A stretch of DNA of 64,000 bases from the human T2T-CHM13v2.0 reference genome, Homo sapiens. The notes beneath the pieces were generated by a model, which was given only the letters and a program-made list of their open reading frames with translations, had not been told where the DNA came from and ran no database searches. A program made the position numbers and the translations under genes. Below are positions 18,707-32,107 of this stretch, in pieces (within the stretch, counting starts at the first letter, position 1; each line of letters begins with the position of its first letter). The stretch lies in the NCBI RefSeq assembly GCF_009914755.1, contig NC_060948.1; one strand, given 5' to 3'.

Positions 18707-21485
18707 ATGGACTCCTTTGGAATGGTCTAGTATGCAATGCAATCGACTGGCAGGGAATTAAAAGGAATGCAATCGAATGGATTGCACAGGAATGCAATGG
18801 ACTCGAATAGATTGGAAACAGAATGCAAAGGAATGGAATGGAATAGTATGGAATGGAATGGAAAGGAATGGAGTGGAATAGACTAGAGTAGAATGGAATT
18901 TACTCGAAAGCAATGGACTGGAATAGAACTTTCTTGAATGGGCTGGAATCAAACGGAATGGAATGCTGTGCAATCAAATAGAATGAAAGAGAATCAAATC
19001 CAATCGAATGGATTGGAAAGGAATTGACTGAAATGGAATGGACTAGAATGGAAGGCAAAGGAATGGAATCTATAGGAATGGACTGTAATGGAATGGAATG
19101 GAAGGGATTGGAATGGAATCGAATGGAATGGACTGCAATAGAAAGGATTCGAATGGAATGAAAAAGAATTGAATGGAATAGAACAGAATGGAATCAAATC
19201 GAATGAAATGGAATGAAATAGAAAGGATTCGAATGGAATGCAATCGAACGGAATGGAATCGAACGGAATGGAATAAAATGGAAGAAAACTGGCAAGAAAT
19301 GGAATCGAAATGAATGGAGTGTTATGGAACGGACTCAAAAGGAATTGAATGTAATAGAATGGAGTGGAGTGGACTCGAATATAATGGACTGGAATGGAAT
19401 GAAATCACATGGAATGGGAACGAATGGAATGGAATGGAAAGGAATGGAATCGAATGGAAAGGAATCGAATGGAAGGGAATGAAATTGAATCAACAGGAAT
19501 GGAAGGGAATAGAATAGACGGTAATGGAATGGACTCGAATAGAATGGACACGAATGCTCAAATTGAATGGACTCGAATGGAATGGAAACGAAAGGAATGT
19601 CATCGAATGTAATTGAATCGATTGGAATGAAATCGCATAGAATGGAGTGGAATCAAATGGAATTGAGTCGAAAGGAAAGGAAGCGAATGGACTGAAATGA
19701 AATGGAATGGAATTGAATGGAAAGTAATGCAATGGAATAGAATGGAACGAAATTTCACGGAATGGAATCAAACTGAATGGAATCAAATCAATGGAATCAA
19801 ATCAAATGGAATGGAAAGGAATTGAATGGAGTAGATGGGATTGGATGGGATTGGAATGAAATGTACTGGAAAGAACTCGAATTTCATGAAACGGAATGGA
19901 ATGAATTGGAACGGAATGGACTCGAATGGAATGGAATGTCATGGAATGGCATCAAATGGAATGGCATCAAATGGAATGGAATCGAATGCAATGGAATGCT
20001 ATGGAATGGAATGGAATGCATTGGAATGGAATGTCCTCTAATGGAATGGATTCGAGTGGAATGGAATCGAATATAATGGAGTCGAATGAAATGGAATTGA
20101 AAGGAATGGGACCGAATACAATGGAATATACTGGAATGTAATGTAATGAACTCGAATGTAATTGACTGCAATGGAATGTACATGAATGGAATGTAATCGA
20201 ATGGAAAGTAATCCAATGGAATAGAATCTAATGCAATAAAATCGACTCAAATAGAATAGAATGTAATGGAATGGAGTGCAGTGCAATGGAATGGAATGGA
20301 ATGGAATGCAGTGGAATGGAATGGAATGGAATGCAATGGAATGGAATGTATTAGAATGTAATGAACATTAATGGAATGTACTCGAATGGATTCGACTGGA
20401 ATGGAATGTTCTGGAAGTTTATGGACTCCAATGGAATAGATTCGAAAGGAATGGAATCGAACGGAATGGAATCTAATGGAATGGAATTAAATGGAAATGA
20501 ATCAAATTGAATAGCACGGAATTGAATTGAATGGAATAGAATGCAATGTAATCTAATGAAACAGAAAGGAAAGGAATGGAATGGAATGGAATGGGCTGGA
20601 ATGGAATGGAATCGAAACGAATGGAATGGAATCGAACTAAAGAGACTGGAATGGAATGCACTGGAATGGAAGGGAGTGTAATGGAAGGTTCTCGAAAAAA
20701 ATGGAATCGAATGGAATGGAATTGAATGGAACGGAATAGAGTCGAATGGAATTGAATGGAATGGAATGGACTAGAGTGAAATGGAATCGAACCACAAGGA
20801 ATGGACAGGAATAGAATGGTCTCGAATTGAATGGAATCGTATGGAATGGCATCAAACGGAATGGAATGGACAGCCACGGAATGGAATGCACTCGAATGCA
20901 ATGGAGTCGAAACTAATGGACTGGAATAGAATGGACTCGACTGGTACGGACTCCAATGGAATGGAATCGAATGGAAGGGAATCGAACGGAATGGACTCGA
21001 AGGGAAAAGACTGCAATGGAAAGGTCTCGAATGGAATGGAAATTAATGGAATGGAATGGAATCGAATGAAATGGAGTCAAAAGGAATGGAATCGAATGGC
21101 AAGAAATCGAATGTAATGGAATCGCAAGGAATTGATGTGAACGGAACGGAATGGAATGGAATCCAAAGGAATGGAATAGAATGGAATGGAATCAAATGGA
21201 AAGGACTCGAATGGAAATCACTCGAATAGAATGCAATTTAATAAAATAGGATCAAATGTAATGCAATGGAATGGAAAGGAATCGAAACGAAAGGAATGGA
21301 GACAGATGGAATGGAATGTAACAGAGAGCAATGGTATAGAATGGAATGGAATCATCTGGAATGGAATTGAATGGAATGCAATAACATGAAATGGAATGGA
21401 ATGGAATGGAATGCCCTTGAATTAAATGGACTGGAATGGAATGGACTCGAACAGAGTGTAATGGAAAGTGTTGAAATAGAATGGA
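18707..21485 (+). repeat. DYZ1 unit 1, shortened (2779 bp)
   Basis: Marker spacing 18745->21524. Confidence 0.9.
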
Positions 21486-24400
21486 ATGGACTCGTTTGGA
21501 ATGGTCTAGTATGCAATGCAATCGACTGGCAGGGAATCAAAAGGAATGTAATCGAATGGATTGGACTGGAATGCAATGGACTCGAATAGATTGGAAACGG
21601 AATGCAAAGGAATGGAATGGAATAGTATGGAATGGAATGGAAAGGAATGGAGTGGAATAGACTAGAGTGGAATGGAATGGACTCAAAAGCAATGGACTGG
21701 AATGGAACTTTCTTGAATGGACTGGAATCAAACGGAATGGAATGCAATGCAATCAAATGGCATGGAATAAAATAGAATGAAAGAGAATCAAATGGAATTG
21801 AATGGAATGGAATCGAATGGATTGGAAAGGAATAGAATGGAATGGAATGGAATTGACTCAAATGGAATGGACTAGAATGGAATGGATTCGAATGGAAGGC
21901 AAAGGAATGGAATCTATTGGAATGGACTGTAATGGAATGGAATGGAAGGGATTGGAATGGACTCGAATGGAATGGACTGCAATAGAAAGGATTCGAATGG
22001 AATGAAAAAGAATTGAATGGAATAGAACAGAATGGAATCAAATCGAATGAAATGGAATGGAATAGAAAGGAATGGAATGAAATGGAATGGAAAGGATTCG
22101 AATGGAATGCAATCGAATGGAATGGAATCGAACGGAATGGAATAAAATGGAAGAAAACTGGCAAGAAATGGAATCGAAATGAATGGAGTGTTATGGAACG
22201 GACTCAAAAGGAATTGAATGTAATAGAATTGAGTGAAGTGGACTCGAATATAATGGACTGGAATGGAATGAAATCACATGGAATGGGAACGAATGGAATG
22301 GAATGGAAAGGAATGGAATCGAATGGAAAGGAATGGAATGGAAGGGAATGAAACTGAATCAACAGGAATGGAAGGGAGTAGAATAGACGGTAATGGAATG
22401 GACTCGAATAGAATGGACACGAATGCACAAATTGAATGGACTCGAATGGAATGGAAACGAAAGGAATGTCATCGAATGGAATTGAATCGATTGGAATGAA
22501 ATCGCATAGAATGGAGTGGAATCAAATGGAATTGAATCGAAAGGAAAGGAAGCGAATGGACTGAAATGGAATGGAATGGAATGGAAAGTAATGCAATGGA
22601 ATAGAATGGAACGAAATTTCACGGAATGGAATCAAACTGAATAGAATCAAATCAATGGAATATAATCAAATGGAATGGAAAGGAATTGAATGGAGTAGAT
22701 TGGATTGGATGGGATTGGAATGAAATGGAATGGAAAGGACTCGAATTTCATGAAACGGAATGGAATGAATTGGAACGCAATGGACTCGAATGGAATGGAA
22801 TGTCATGGAATTGCATCAAATGGAATGGCATCAAAGGGAATGGAATCGAATGCAATGGAATGCTATGGAATGGAATGGAATGCATTGGAATGGAATGTCC
22901 TCTAATGGAATGGATTCGAGTGGAATGGAATCGAATATAATGGAGTCGAATGAAATGGAATTGAAAGGAATGGGATCGAATACAATGGAATATACTGGAA
23001 TGTAACGTAATGAACTCGAATGTAATTGACTGGAATGGAATGTACACGAATGGAATGTAATCGAATGGAAAGTAATCCAATGGAATAGAATCTAATGCAA
23101 TAAAATCGACTCAAATAGAATAGAATGCAATGGAATGGAGTGCAGTGCAATGGAATGGAATGGAATGGAATGCAATGGAATGGAATGGAATGGAATGGAA
23201 TGCAATGGGATGGAATGGTATGGAATGGATAGTAATGGACTGGAGTGAAATGGACTGGAAAGGAATGGACTCAAATTGAAAGGTCTCGAAAGGAATGGAG
23301 TCAAATGGAATGGTCTGGAATGGAATGAACACGAATGTAATGCAATCCAATAGAATGGAATCGAATGGCATGGAATATAAAGAAATGGAATCGAAGAGAA
23401 TGGAAACAAATGGAATGGAATTGAATGGAATGGAATTGAATGGAATGGGAACGAATGGAGTGAAATTGTATGCAGTAGAAGAGAATAGAATGGAATGCAA
23501 GCGAAAGGAAAGGAATGGATTGGAATGGAATGGAATTCATTGGAATGGAAGGGAATGTAGTGTAATGGACAGGCCTGGAATAAAGTGGAATGCTACGGTC
23601 TCGAATGGAATAAAAATGTATGGAATGGAATGCAATGAAACGGAATCGAATGTCATAGAATGTAATGGAATGCAAAAAAATGGAATCCAAAATCATTGAC
23701 TGGAAAGGCTGGGTGTCGAAAGGAATTGACTCCAATGGAATGGAATCGAATGGAATGGAAGTGAATAGAATCGAACTAAATCGAATGGAATGGAATTGAT
23801 AGGAACGGAATGGAAAGGAATGCAATGATTTGGCATGGAATGGAATCGAATGGCATCGAATGGAATGGAATGGAATGCAATGGAATGGAATATATTAGAA
23901 TGTAATGAACTTTAATGGAATGTACTCGAATGGATTCGACTGGAATGGAATGTTCTGGAAGTGAATGGACTCCAATGGAATGGATTCGAAAGGAATAGAA
24001 TCGTACGGAATGGAATCTAATGGAATGGAATTAAATGGAAATGAATCAAATTGAATAGCACGGAATTGAATTGAATGGAATGGAATGCAATGGAATCTAA
24101 TGAAACGGAAAGGAAAGGAATGGAATGGAATGGAATGGGCTGGAATGGAAAGGAATCGAAACGAATGGAATGGAATCGAACTGAAGAGACTGGAATGGAA
24201 TGCACTGGAATGGAAGGGAGTGTAATGGAAGGTTCTCGAAAAAAATGGAATCGAATGGAATGGAATTGAATGGAACGGAATAGAGTCGAATGGAATTGAA
24301 TGGAATGGAATGGACTAGAGTGAAATGGAATCGAACCACAAGGAATGGACAGGAATAGAATGGTCTCGAATTGAATGGAATCGTATGGAATGGCATCAAA

Positions 24401-25029
24401 CGGAATGGAATGGACAGCCACGGAATGGAATGCACTCGAATGCAATGGAGTCGAAACTAATGGACTGGAATAGAATGGACTCGACTGGTACGGACTCCAA
24501 TGGAATGGAATCGAATGCAAGGGAATCGAACGGAATGGACTCGAAGGGAAAAGACTGCAATGGAAAGGTCTCGAATGGAATGGAAATTAATGGAATGGAT
24601 TGGAATCGAATGAAATGGAGTCAAAAGGAATGGAATCGAATGGCAAGAAATCAAATGTAATGGAATCGCAAGGAATTGATGTGAACGGAACGGAATGGAA
24701 TGGAATCCAAAGGAATGGAATAGAATGGAATGGAATCGAATGGAAAGGACTCGAATGGAAATCACTCGAATAGAATGCAATTTAATAAAATAGGATCAAA
24801 TGTAATGGAATGGAATGGAAAGGAATCGAAACGAAAGGAATGGAGACAGATGGAATGGAATGGAACAGAGAGCAATGGTATAGAATGGAATGGAATCATC
24901 TGGAATGGAATTGAATGGAATGGAATAACATGAAATGGAATGGAATGGAATGGAATGCCCTTGAATTAAATGGACTGGAATGGAATGGACTCGAACAGAG
25001 TGGAATGGAAAGTGTTGAAATAGAATGGA
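21486..25029 (+). repeat. DYZ1 unit 2 (3544 bp)
   Basis: Marker spacing; unit phase defined by the junction. Confidence 0.9.
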
Positions 25030-28000
25030 ATGGACTCGTTTGGAATGGTCTAGTATGCAATGCAATCGACTGGCAGGGAATCAAAAGGAATGTAATCGAA
25101 TGGATTGGACTGGAATGCAATGGATTCGAATAGATTGGAAACGGAATGCAAAGGAATGGAATGGAATAGTATGGAATGGAATGGAAAGTAATGGAGTGGA
25201 ATAGACTAGAGTGGAATGGAATGGACTGGAAAGCAATGGACTGGAATGGAACTTTCTTGAATGGAGTGGAATCAAACGGAATGGAATGCACTGCAATCAA
25301 ATGGCATGGAATAAAATAGAATGAAAGAGAATCAAACGGAATTGAATCGAATGGAATCGAATGGATTGGAAAGGAATAGAATGGAATGGAATGGAATTGA
25401 CTCAAATGGAATGGACTAGAATGGAATGGATTCGAATGGAAGGCAAAGGAATGGAATCTATTGGAATGGACTGTAATGGAATGGAATGGAAGGGATTGGA
25501 ATGGACTCGAATGGAATGGACTGCAATAGAAAGGATTCGAATGGAATGAAAAAGAATTGAATGGAATAGAACAGAATGGAATCAAATCGAATGAAATTGA
25601 ATGGAATAGTAAGGAATGGAATGAAATGGAATGGAAAGGATTCGAATGGAATGCAATCGAATGGAATGCAATCGAATGGAATGGAATCGAACGGAATGGA
25701 ATAAAATGGAAGAAAACTGGCAAGAAATGGAATCGAAATGAATGGAGTGTTATGGAACGGACTCAAAAGGAATTGAATGTAATAGAATGGAGTGGAGTGG
25801 ACTCGAATATAATGGACTGGAATGGAATGAAATCACATGGAATGGGAACGAATGGAATGGAATGGAAAGGAATGGAATCGAATGGAAAGGAATCGAATGG
25901 AAGGGAATGAAATTGAATCAACAGGAATGGAAGGGAATAGAATAGACGGTAATGGAATGGACTCGAATAGAATGGACACGAATGCTCACATTGAATGGAC
26001 TCGAGTGGAATGGAAACGAAACGAATGTCATCGAATGGAATTGAATCGATTGGAATGAAATCGCATAGAATGGACTGGAATCAAATGGAATTGAGTCGAA
26101 AGGAAAGGAAGCGAATGGACTGAAATGAAATGGAATGGAATTGAATGGAAAGTAATGCAATGGAATAGAATGGAACGAAATTTCACGGAATGGAATCAAA
26201 CTGAATGGAATCAAATCAATGGAATATAATCAAATGGAATGGAAAGGAATTGAATGGAGTAGATGGGACTGGATGGGATTGGAATGAAATGTACTGGAAA
26301 GGACTCGAATTTCATGAAACGGAATGGAATGAATTGGAACGGAATGGACTCGATTGGAATGGAATGTCATGGAATGGCATCAAATGGAATGGAATCGAAT
26401 GCAATGGAATGCTATGGAATGGAATGGAATGCATTGGAATGGAATGTCCTCTAATGGAATGGATTCGAGTGGAATGGAATCGAATATAATGGAGTCGAAT
26501 GAAATGGAATTGAAAGGAATGGGATCGAATACAATGGAATATACTGGAATGTAACGTAATGAACTCGAATGTAATTGACTGGAATGGAATGTACATGAAT
26601 GGAATGTAATCGAATGGAAAGTAATCCAATGGAATAGAATCTAATGCAATAAAATCGACTCAAATAGAATAGAATGGAATGGAATGGAGTGCAGTGCAAT
26701 GGAATGGAAGGGAATGGAATGCAATGGAATGGAATGTAATGGAATGGAATGGAATGGGATGGAATGGTATGGAATGGATAGTAATGGACTGGAGTGAAAT
26801 GGACTGGAAAGGAATGGACTCAAATTGAAAGGGCTCGAAAGGAATGCAGTCAAATGGAATGATCTGGAATGGAATGAACACGAATGTAATGCAATCCAAT
26901 AGAATGGAATCGAATGGCATGGAATATAAAGAAATGGAATCGAAGAGAATGGAAACAAATGGAATGGAATTGAATGGAATGGAATTGAATGGAATGAGAA
27001 TGAATGGAGTGAAATTGTATGCAGTAGAAGAGAATAGAATGGAATGCAAGCGAAAGGAAAGGAATGGATTGGAATGGAATGGAATTCATTGGAATGGAAG
27101 GGAATGTAGTGTAATGGACAGGCCTGGAATAAAGTGGAATGCTACGGTCTCGAATGGAATAAAAATGTATGGAATGGAATGCAATGAAACGGAATCGAAT
27201 GTCATAGAATGTAATGGAATGCAAAAAAATGGAATCCAAAATCATTGACTGGAAAGGCTGGGTGTCGAAAGGAATTGACTCCAATGGAATGGAATCGAAT
27301 GGAATGGAAGTGAATAGAATCGAACTAAATCGAATGGAATGGAATTGATAGGAACGGAATGGAAAGGAATGCAATGATTTGGCATGGAATGGAATCGAAT
27401 GGCATCGAATGGAATGGAATGGAATGCAATGGAATGGAATGTATTAGAATGTAATGAACTTTAATGGAATGTACTCGAATGGATTCGACTGGAATGGAAT
27501 GTTCTGGAAGTGAATGGACTCCAATGGAATGGATTCGAAAGGAATGGAATCGTACGGAATGGAATCTAATGGAATGGAATTAAATGGAAATGAATCAAAT
27601 TGAATAGCACGGAATTGAATTGAATGGAATGGAATGCAATGGAATCTAATGAAACGGAAAGGAAAGGAATGGAATGGAATGGAATGGGCTGGAATGGAAA
27701 GGAATCGAAACGAATGGAATGGAATCGAACTGAAGAGACTGGAATGGAATGCACTGGAATGGAAGGGAGTGTAATGGAAGGTTCTCGAAAAAAATGGAAT
27801 CGAATGGAATGGAATTGAATGGAACGGAATAGAGTCGAATGGAATTGAATGGAATGGAATGGACTAGAGTGAAATGGAATCGAACCACAAGGAATGGACA
27901 GGAATAGAATGGTCTCGAATTGAATGGAATCGTATGGAATGGCATCAAACGGAATGGAATGGACAGCCACGGAATGGAATGCACTCGAATGCAATGGAGT

Positions 28001-28578
28001 CGAAACTAATGGACTGGAATAGAATGGACTCGACTGGTACGGACTCCAATGGAATGGAATCGAATGCAAGGGAATCGAACGGAATGGACTCGAAGGGAAA
28101 AGACTGCAATGGAAAGGTCTCGAATGGAATGGAAATTAATGGAATGGATTGGAATCGAATGAAATGGAGTCAAAAGGAATGGAATCGAATGGCAAGAAAT
28201 CAAATGTAATGGAATCGCAAGGAATTGATGTGAACGGAACGGAATGGAATGGAATCCAAAGGAATGGAATAGAATGGAATGGAATCGAATGGAAAGGACT
28301 CGAATGGAAATCACTCGAATAGAATGCAATTTAATAAAATAGGATCAAATGTAATGGAATGGAATGGAAAGGAATCGAAATGAAAGGAATGGAGACAGAT
28401 GGAATGGAATGGAACAGAGAGCAATGGTATAGAATGGAATGGAATCATCTGGAATGGAATTGAATGGAATGGAATAACATGAAATGGAATGGAATGGAAT
28501 GGAATGCCCTTGAATTAAATGGACTGGAATGGAATGGACTCGAACAGAGTGGAATGGAAAGTGTTGAAATATAATGGA
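25030..28578 (+). repeat. DYZ1 unit 3 (3549 bp)
   Basis: Marker spacing. Confidence 0.9.
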
Positions 28579-31500
28579 ATGGACTCCTTTGGAATGGTCT
28601 AGTATGCAATGCAATCGACTGGCAGGGAATCAAAAGGAATGTAATCGAATGGATTGGACTGGAATGCAATGGATTCGAATAGATTGGAAACGGAATGCAA
28701 AGGAATGGAATGGAATAGTATGGAATGGAATGGAAAGCAATGGAGTGGAATAGACTAGAGTGGAATGGAATGGACTGGAAAGCAATGGACTGGAATGGAA
28801 CTTTCTTGAATGGAGTGGAATCAAACGGAATGGAATGCACTGCAATCAAATGGCATGGAATAAAATAGAATGAAAGAGAATCAAACGGAATTGAATCGAA
28901 TGGAATCGAATGGATTGGAAAGGAATAGAATGGAATGGAATGGAATTGACTCAAATGGAATGGACTAGAATGGAATGGATTCGAATGGAAGGCAAAGGAA
29001 TGGAATCTATTGGAATGGACTGTAATGGAATGGAATGGAAGGGATTGGAATGGACTCGAATGGAATGGACTGCAATAGAAAGGATTCGAATGGAATGAAA
29101 AAGAATTGAATGGAATAGAACAGAATGGAATCAAATCGAATGAAATTGAATGGAATAGTAAGGAATGGAATGAAATGGAATGGAAAGGATTCGAATGGAA
29201 TGCAATCGAATGGAATGCAATCGAATGGAATGGAATCGAACGGAATGGAATAAAATGGAAGAAAACTGGCAAGAAATGGAATCGAAATGAATGGAGTGTT
29301 ATGGAACGGACTCAAAAGGAATTGAATGTAATAGAATGGAGTGGAGTGGACTCGAATATAATGGACTGGAATGGAATGAAATCACATGGAATGGGAACGA
29401 ATGGAATGGAATGGAAAGGAATGGAATCGAATGGAAAGGAATCGAATGGAAGGGAATGAAATTGAATCAACAGGAATGGAAGGGAATAGAATAGACGGTA
29501 ATGGAATGGACTCGAATAGAATGGACACGAATGCTCACATTGAATGGACTCGAGTGGAATGGAAACGAAACGAATGTCATCGAATGGAATTGAATCGATT
29601 GGAATGAAATCGCATAGAATGGACTGGAATCAAATGGAATTGAGTCGAAAGGAAAGGAAGCGAATGGACTGAAATGAAATGGAATGGAATTGAATGGAAA
29701 GTAATGCAATGGAATAGAATGGAACGAAATTTCACGGAATGGAATCAAACTGAATGGAATCAAATCAATGGAATATAATCAAATGGAATGGAAAGGAATT
29801 GAATGGAGTAGATGGGACTGGATGGGATTGGAATGAAATGTACTGGAAAGGACTCGAATTTCATGAAACGGAATGGAATGAATTGGAACGGAATGGACTC
29901 GATTGGAATGGAATGTCATGGAATGGCATCAAATGGAATGGAATCGAATGCAATGGAATGCTATGGAATGGAATGGAATGCATTGGAATGGAATGTCCTC
30001 TAATGGAATGGATTCGAGTGGAATGGAATCGAATATAATGGAGTCGAATGAAATGGAATTGAAAGGAATGGGATCGAATACAATGGAATATACTGGAATG
30101 TAACGTAATGAACTCGAATGTAATTGACTGGAATGGAATGTACATGAATGGAATGTAATCGAATGGAAAGTAATCCAATGGAATAGAATCTAATGCAATA
30201 AAATCGACTCAAATAGAATAGAATGGAATGGAATGGAGTGCAGTGCAATGGAATGGAAGGGAATGGAATGCAATGGAATGGAATGTAATGGAATGGAATG
30301 GAATGGGATGGAATGGTATGGAATGGATAGTAATGGACTGGAGTGAAATGGACTGGAAAGGAATGGACTCAAATTGAAAGGGCTCGAAAGGAATGCAGTC
30401 AAATGGAATGATCTGGAATGGAATGAACACGAATGTAATGCAATCCAATAGAATGGAATCGAATGGCATGGAATATAAAGAAATGGAATCGAAGAGAATG
30501 GAAACAAATGGAATGGAATTGAATGGAATGGAATTGAATGGAATGAGAATGAATGGAGTGAAATTGTATGCAGTAGAAGAGAATAGAATGGAATGCAAGC
30601 GAAAGGAAAGGAATGGATTGGAATGGAATGGAATTCATTGGAATGGAAGGGAATGTAGTGTAATGGACAGGCCTGGAATAAAGTGGAATGCTACGGTCTC
30701 GAATGGAATAAAAATGTATGGAATGGAATGCAATGAAACGGAATCGAATGTCATAGAATGTAATGGAATGCAAAAAAATGGAATCCAAAATCATTGACTG
30801 GAAAGGCTGGGTGTCGAAAGGAATTGACTCCAATGGAATGGAATCGAATGGAATGGAAGTGAATAGAATCGAACTAAATCGAATGGAATGGAATTGATAG
30901 GAACGGAATGGAAAGGAATGCAATGATTTGGCATGGAATGGAATCGAATGGCATCGAATGGAATGGAATGGAATGCAATGGAATGGAATGTATTAGAATG
31001 TAATGAACTTTAATGGAATGTACTCGAATGGATTCGACTGGAATGGAATGTTCTGGAAGTGAATGGACTCCAATGGAATGGATTCGAAAGGAATGGAATC
31101 GTACGGAATGGAATCTAATGGAATGGAATTAAATGGAAATGAATCAAATTGAATAGCACGGAACTGAATTGAATGGAATCGAATGCAATGGAATCTAATG
31201 AAACGGAAAGGAAAGGAATGGAATGGAATGGAATGGGCTGGAATGGAATGGAATCGAACTGAAGAGACTGGAATGGAATGCACTGGAATGGAAGGGAGTG
31301 TAATGGAAGGTTCTCGAAAAAAATGGAATCGAATGGAATGGAATTGAATGGAACGGAATAGAGTCGAATGGAATTGAATGGAATGGAATGGACTAGAGTG
31401 AAATGGAATCGAACCACAAGGAATGGACAGGAATAGAATGGTCTCGAATTGAATGGAATCGTATGGAATGGCATCAAACGGAATGGAATGGACAGCCACG

Positions 31501-32107
31501 GAATGGAATGCACTCGAATGCAATGGAGTCGAAACTAATGGACTGGAATAGAATGGACTCGACTGGTACGGACTCCAGTGGAATGGAATCGAATGGAAGG
31601 GAATCGAACGGAATGGACTCGAAGGCAAAAGACTGCAATGGAAAGGTGTCGAATGGAATGGAAATTAATGGAATGGAATGGAATCGAATGAAATGGAGTC
31701 AAAAGGAATGGAATCGAATGGCAAGAAATCGAATGTAATGGAATCGCAAGGAATTGATGTGAACGGAACGGAATGGAATGGAATCCAAAGGAATGGAATA
31801 GAATGGAATGGAATCGAATGGAAAGGACTCGAATGGAAATCACTCGAATAGAATGCAATTTAATAAAATAGGATCAAATGTAATGGAATGGAATGGAAAG
31901 GAATCGAAACGAAAGGAATGGAGACAGATGGAATGGAATGGAACAGAGAGCAATGGTATAGAATGGAATGGAATCATCTGGAATGGAATTGAATGGAATG
32001 GAATAACATGAAATGGAATGGAATGGAATGGAATGCCTTTGAATTAAATGGACTGGAATGGAATGGTCTCGAACAGAGTGGAATGGAAAGTGTTGGAATA
32101 GAATGGA
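28579..32107 (+). repeat. DYZ1 unit 4 (3529 bp)
   Basis: Marker spacing; 20-bp deletion near 31240. Confidence 0.9.

Noticed and set aside
28581-28590. ggactccttt allele shared between the junction (~18709) and unit 4
   Set aside because: It is a single substitution at a CpG, absent from the duplicate partner at ~25032, so recurrent mutation is sufficient.
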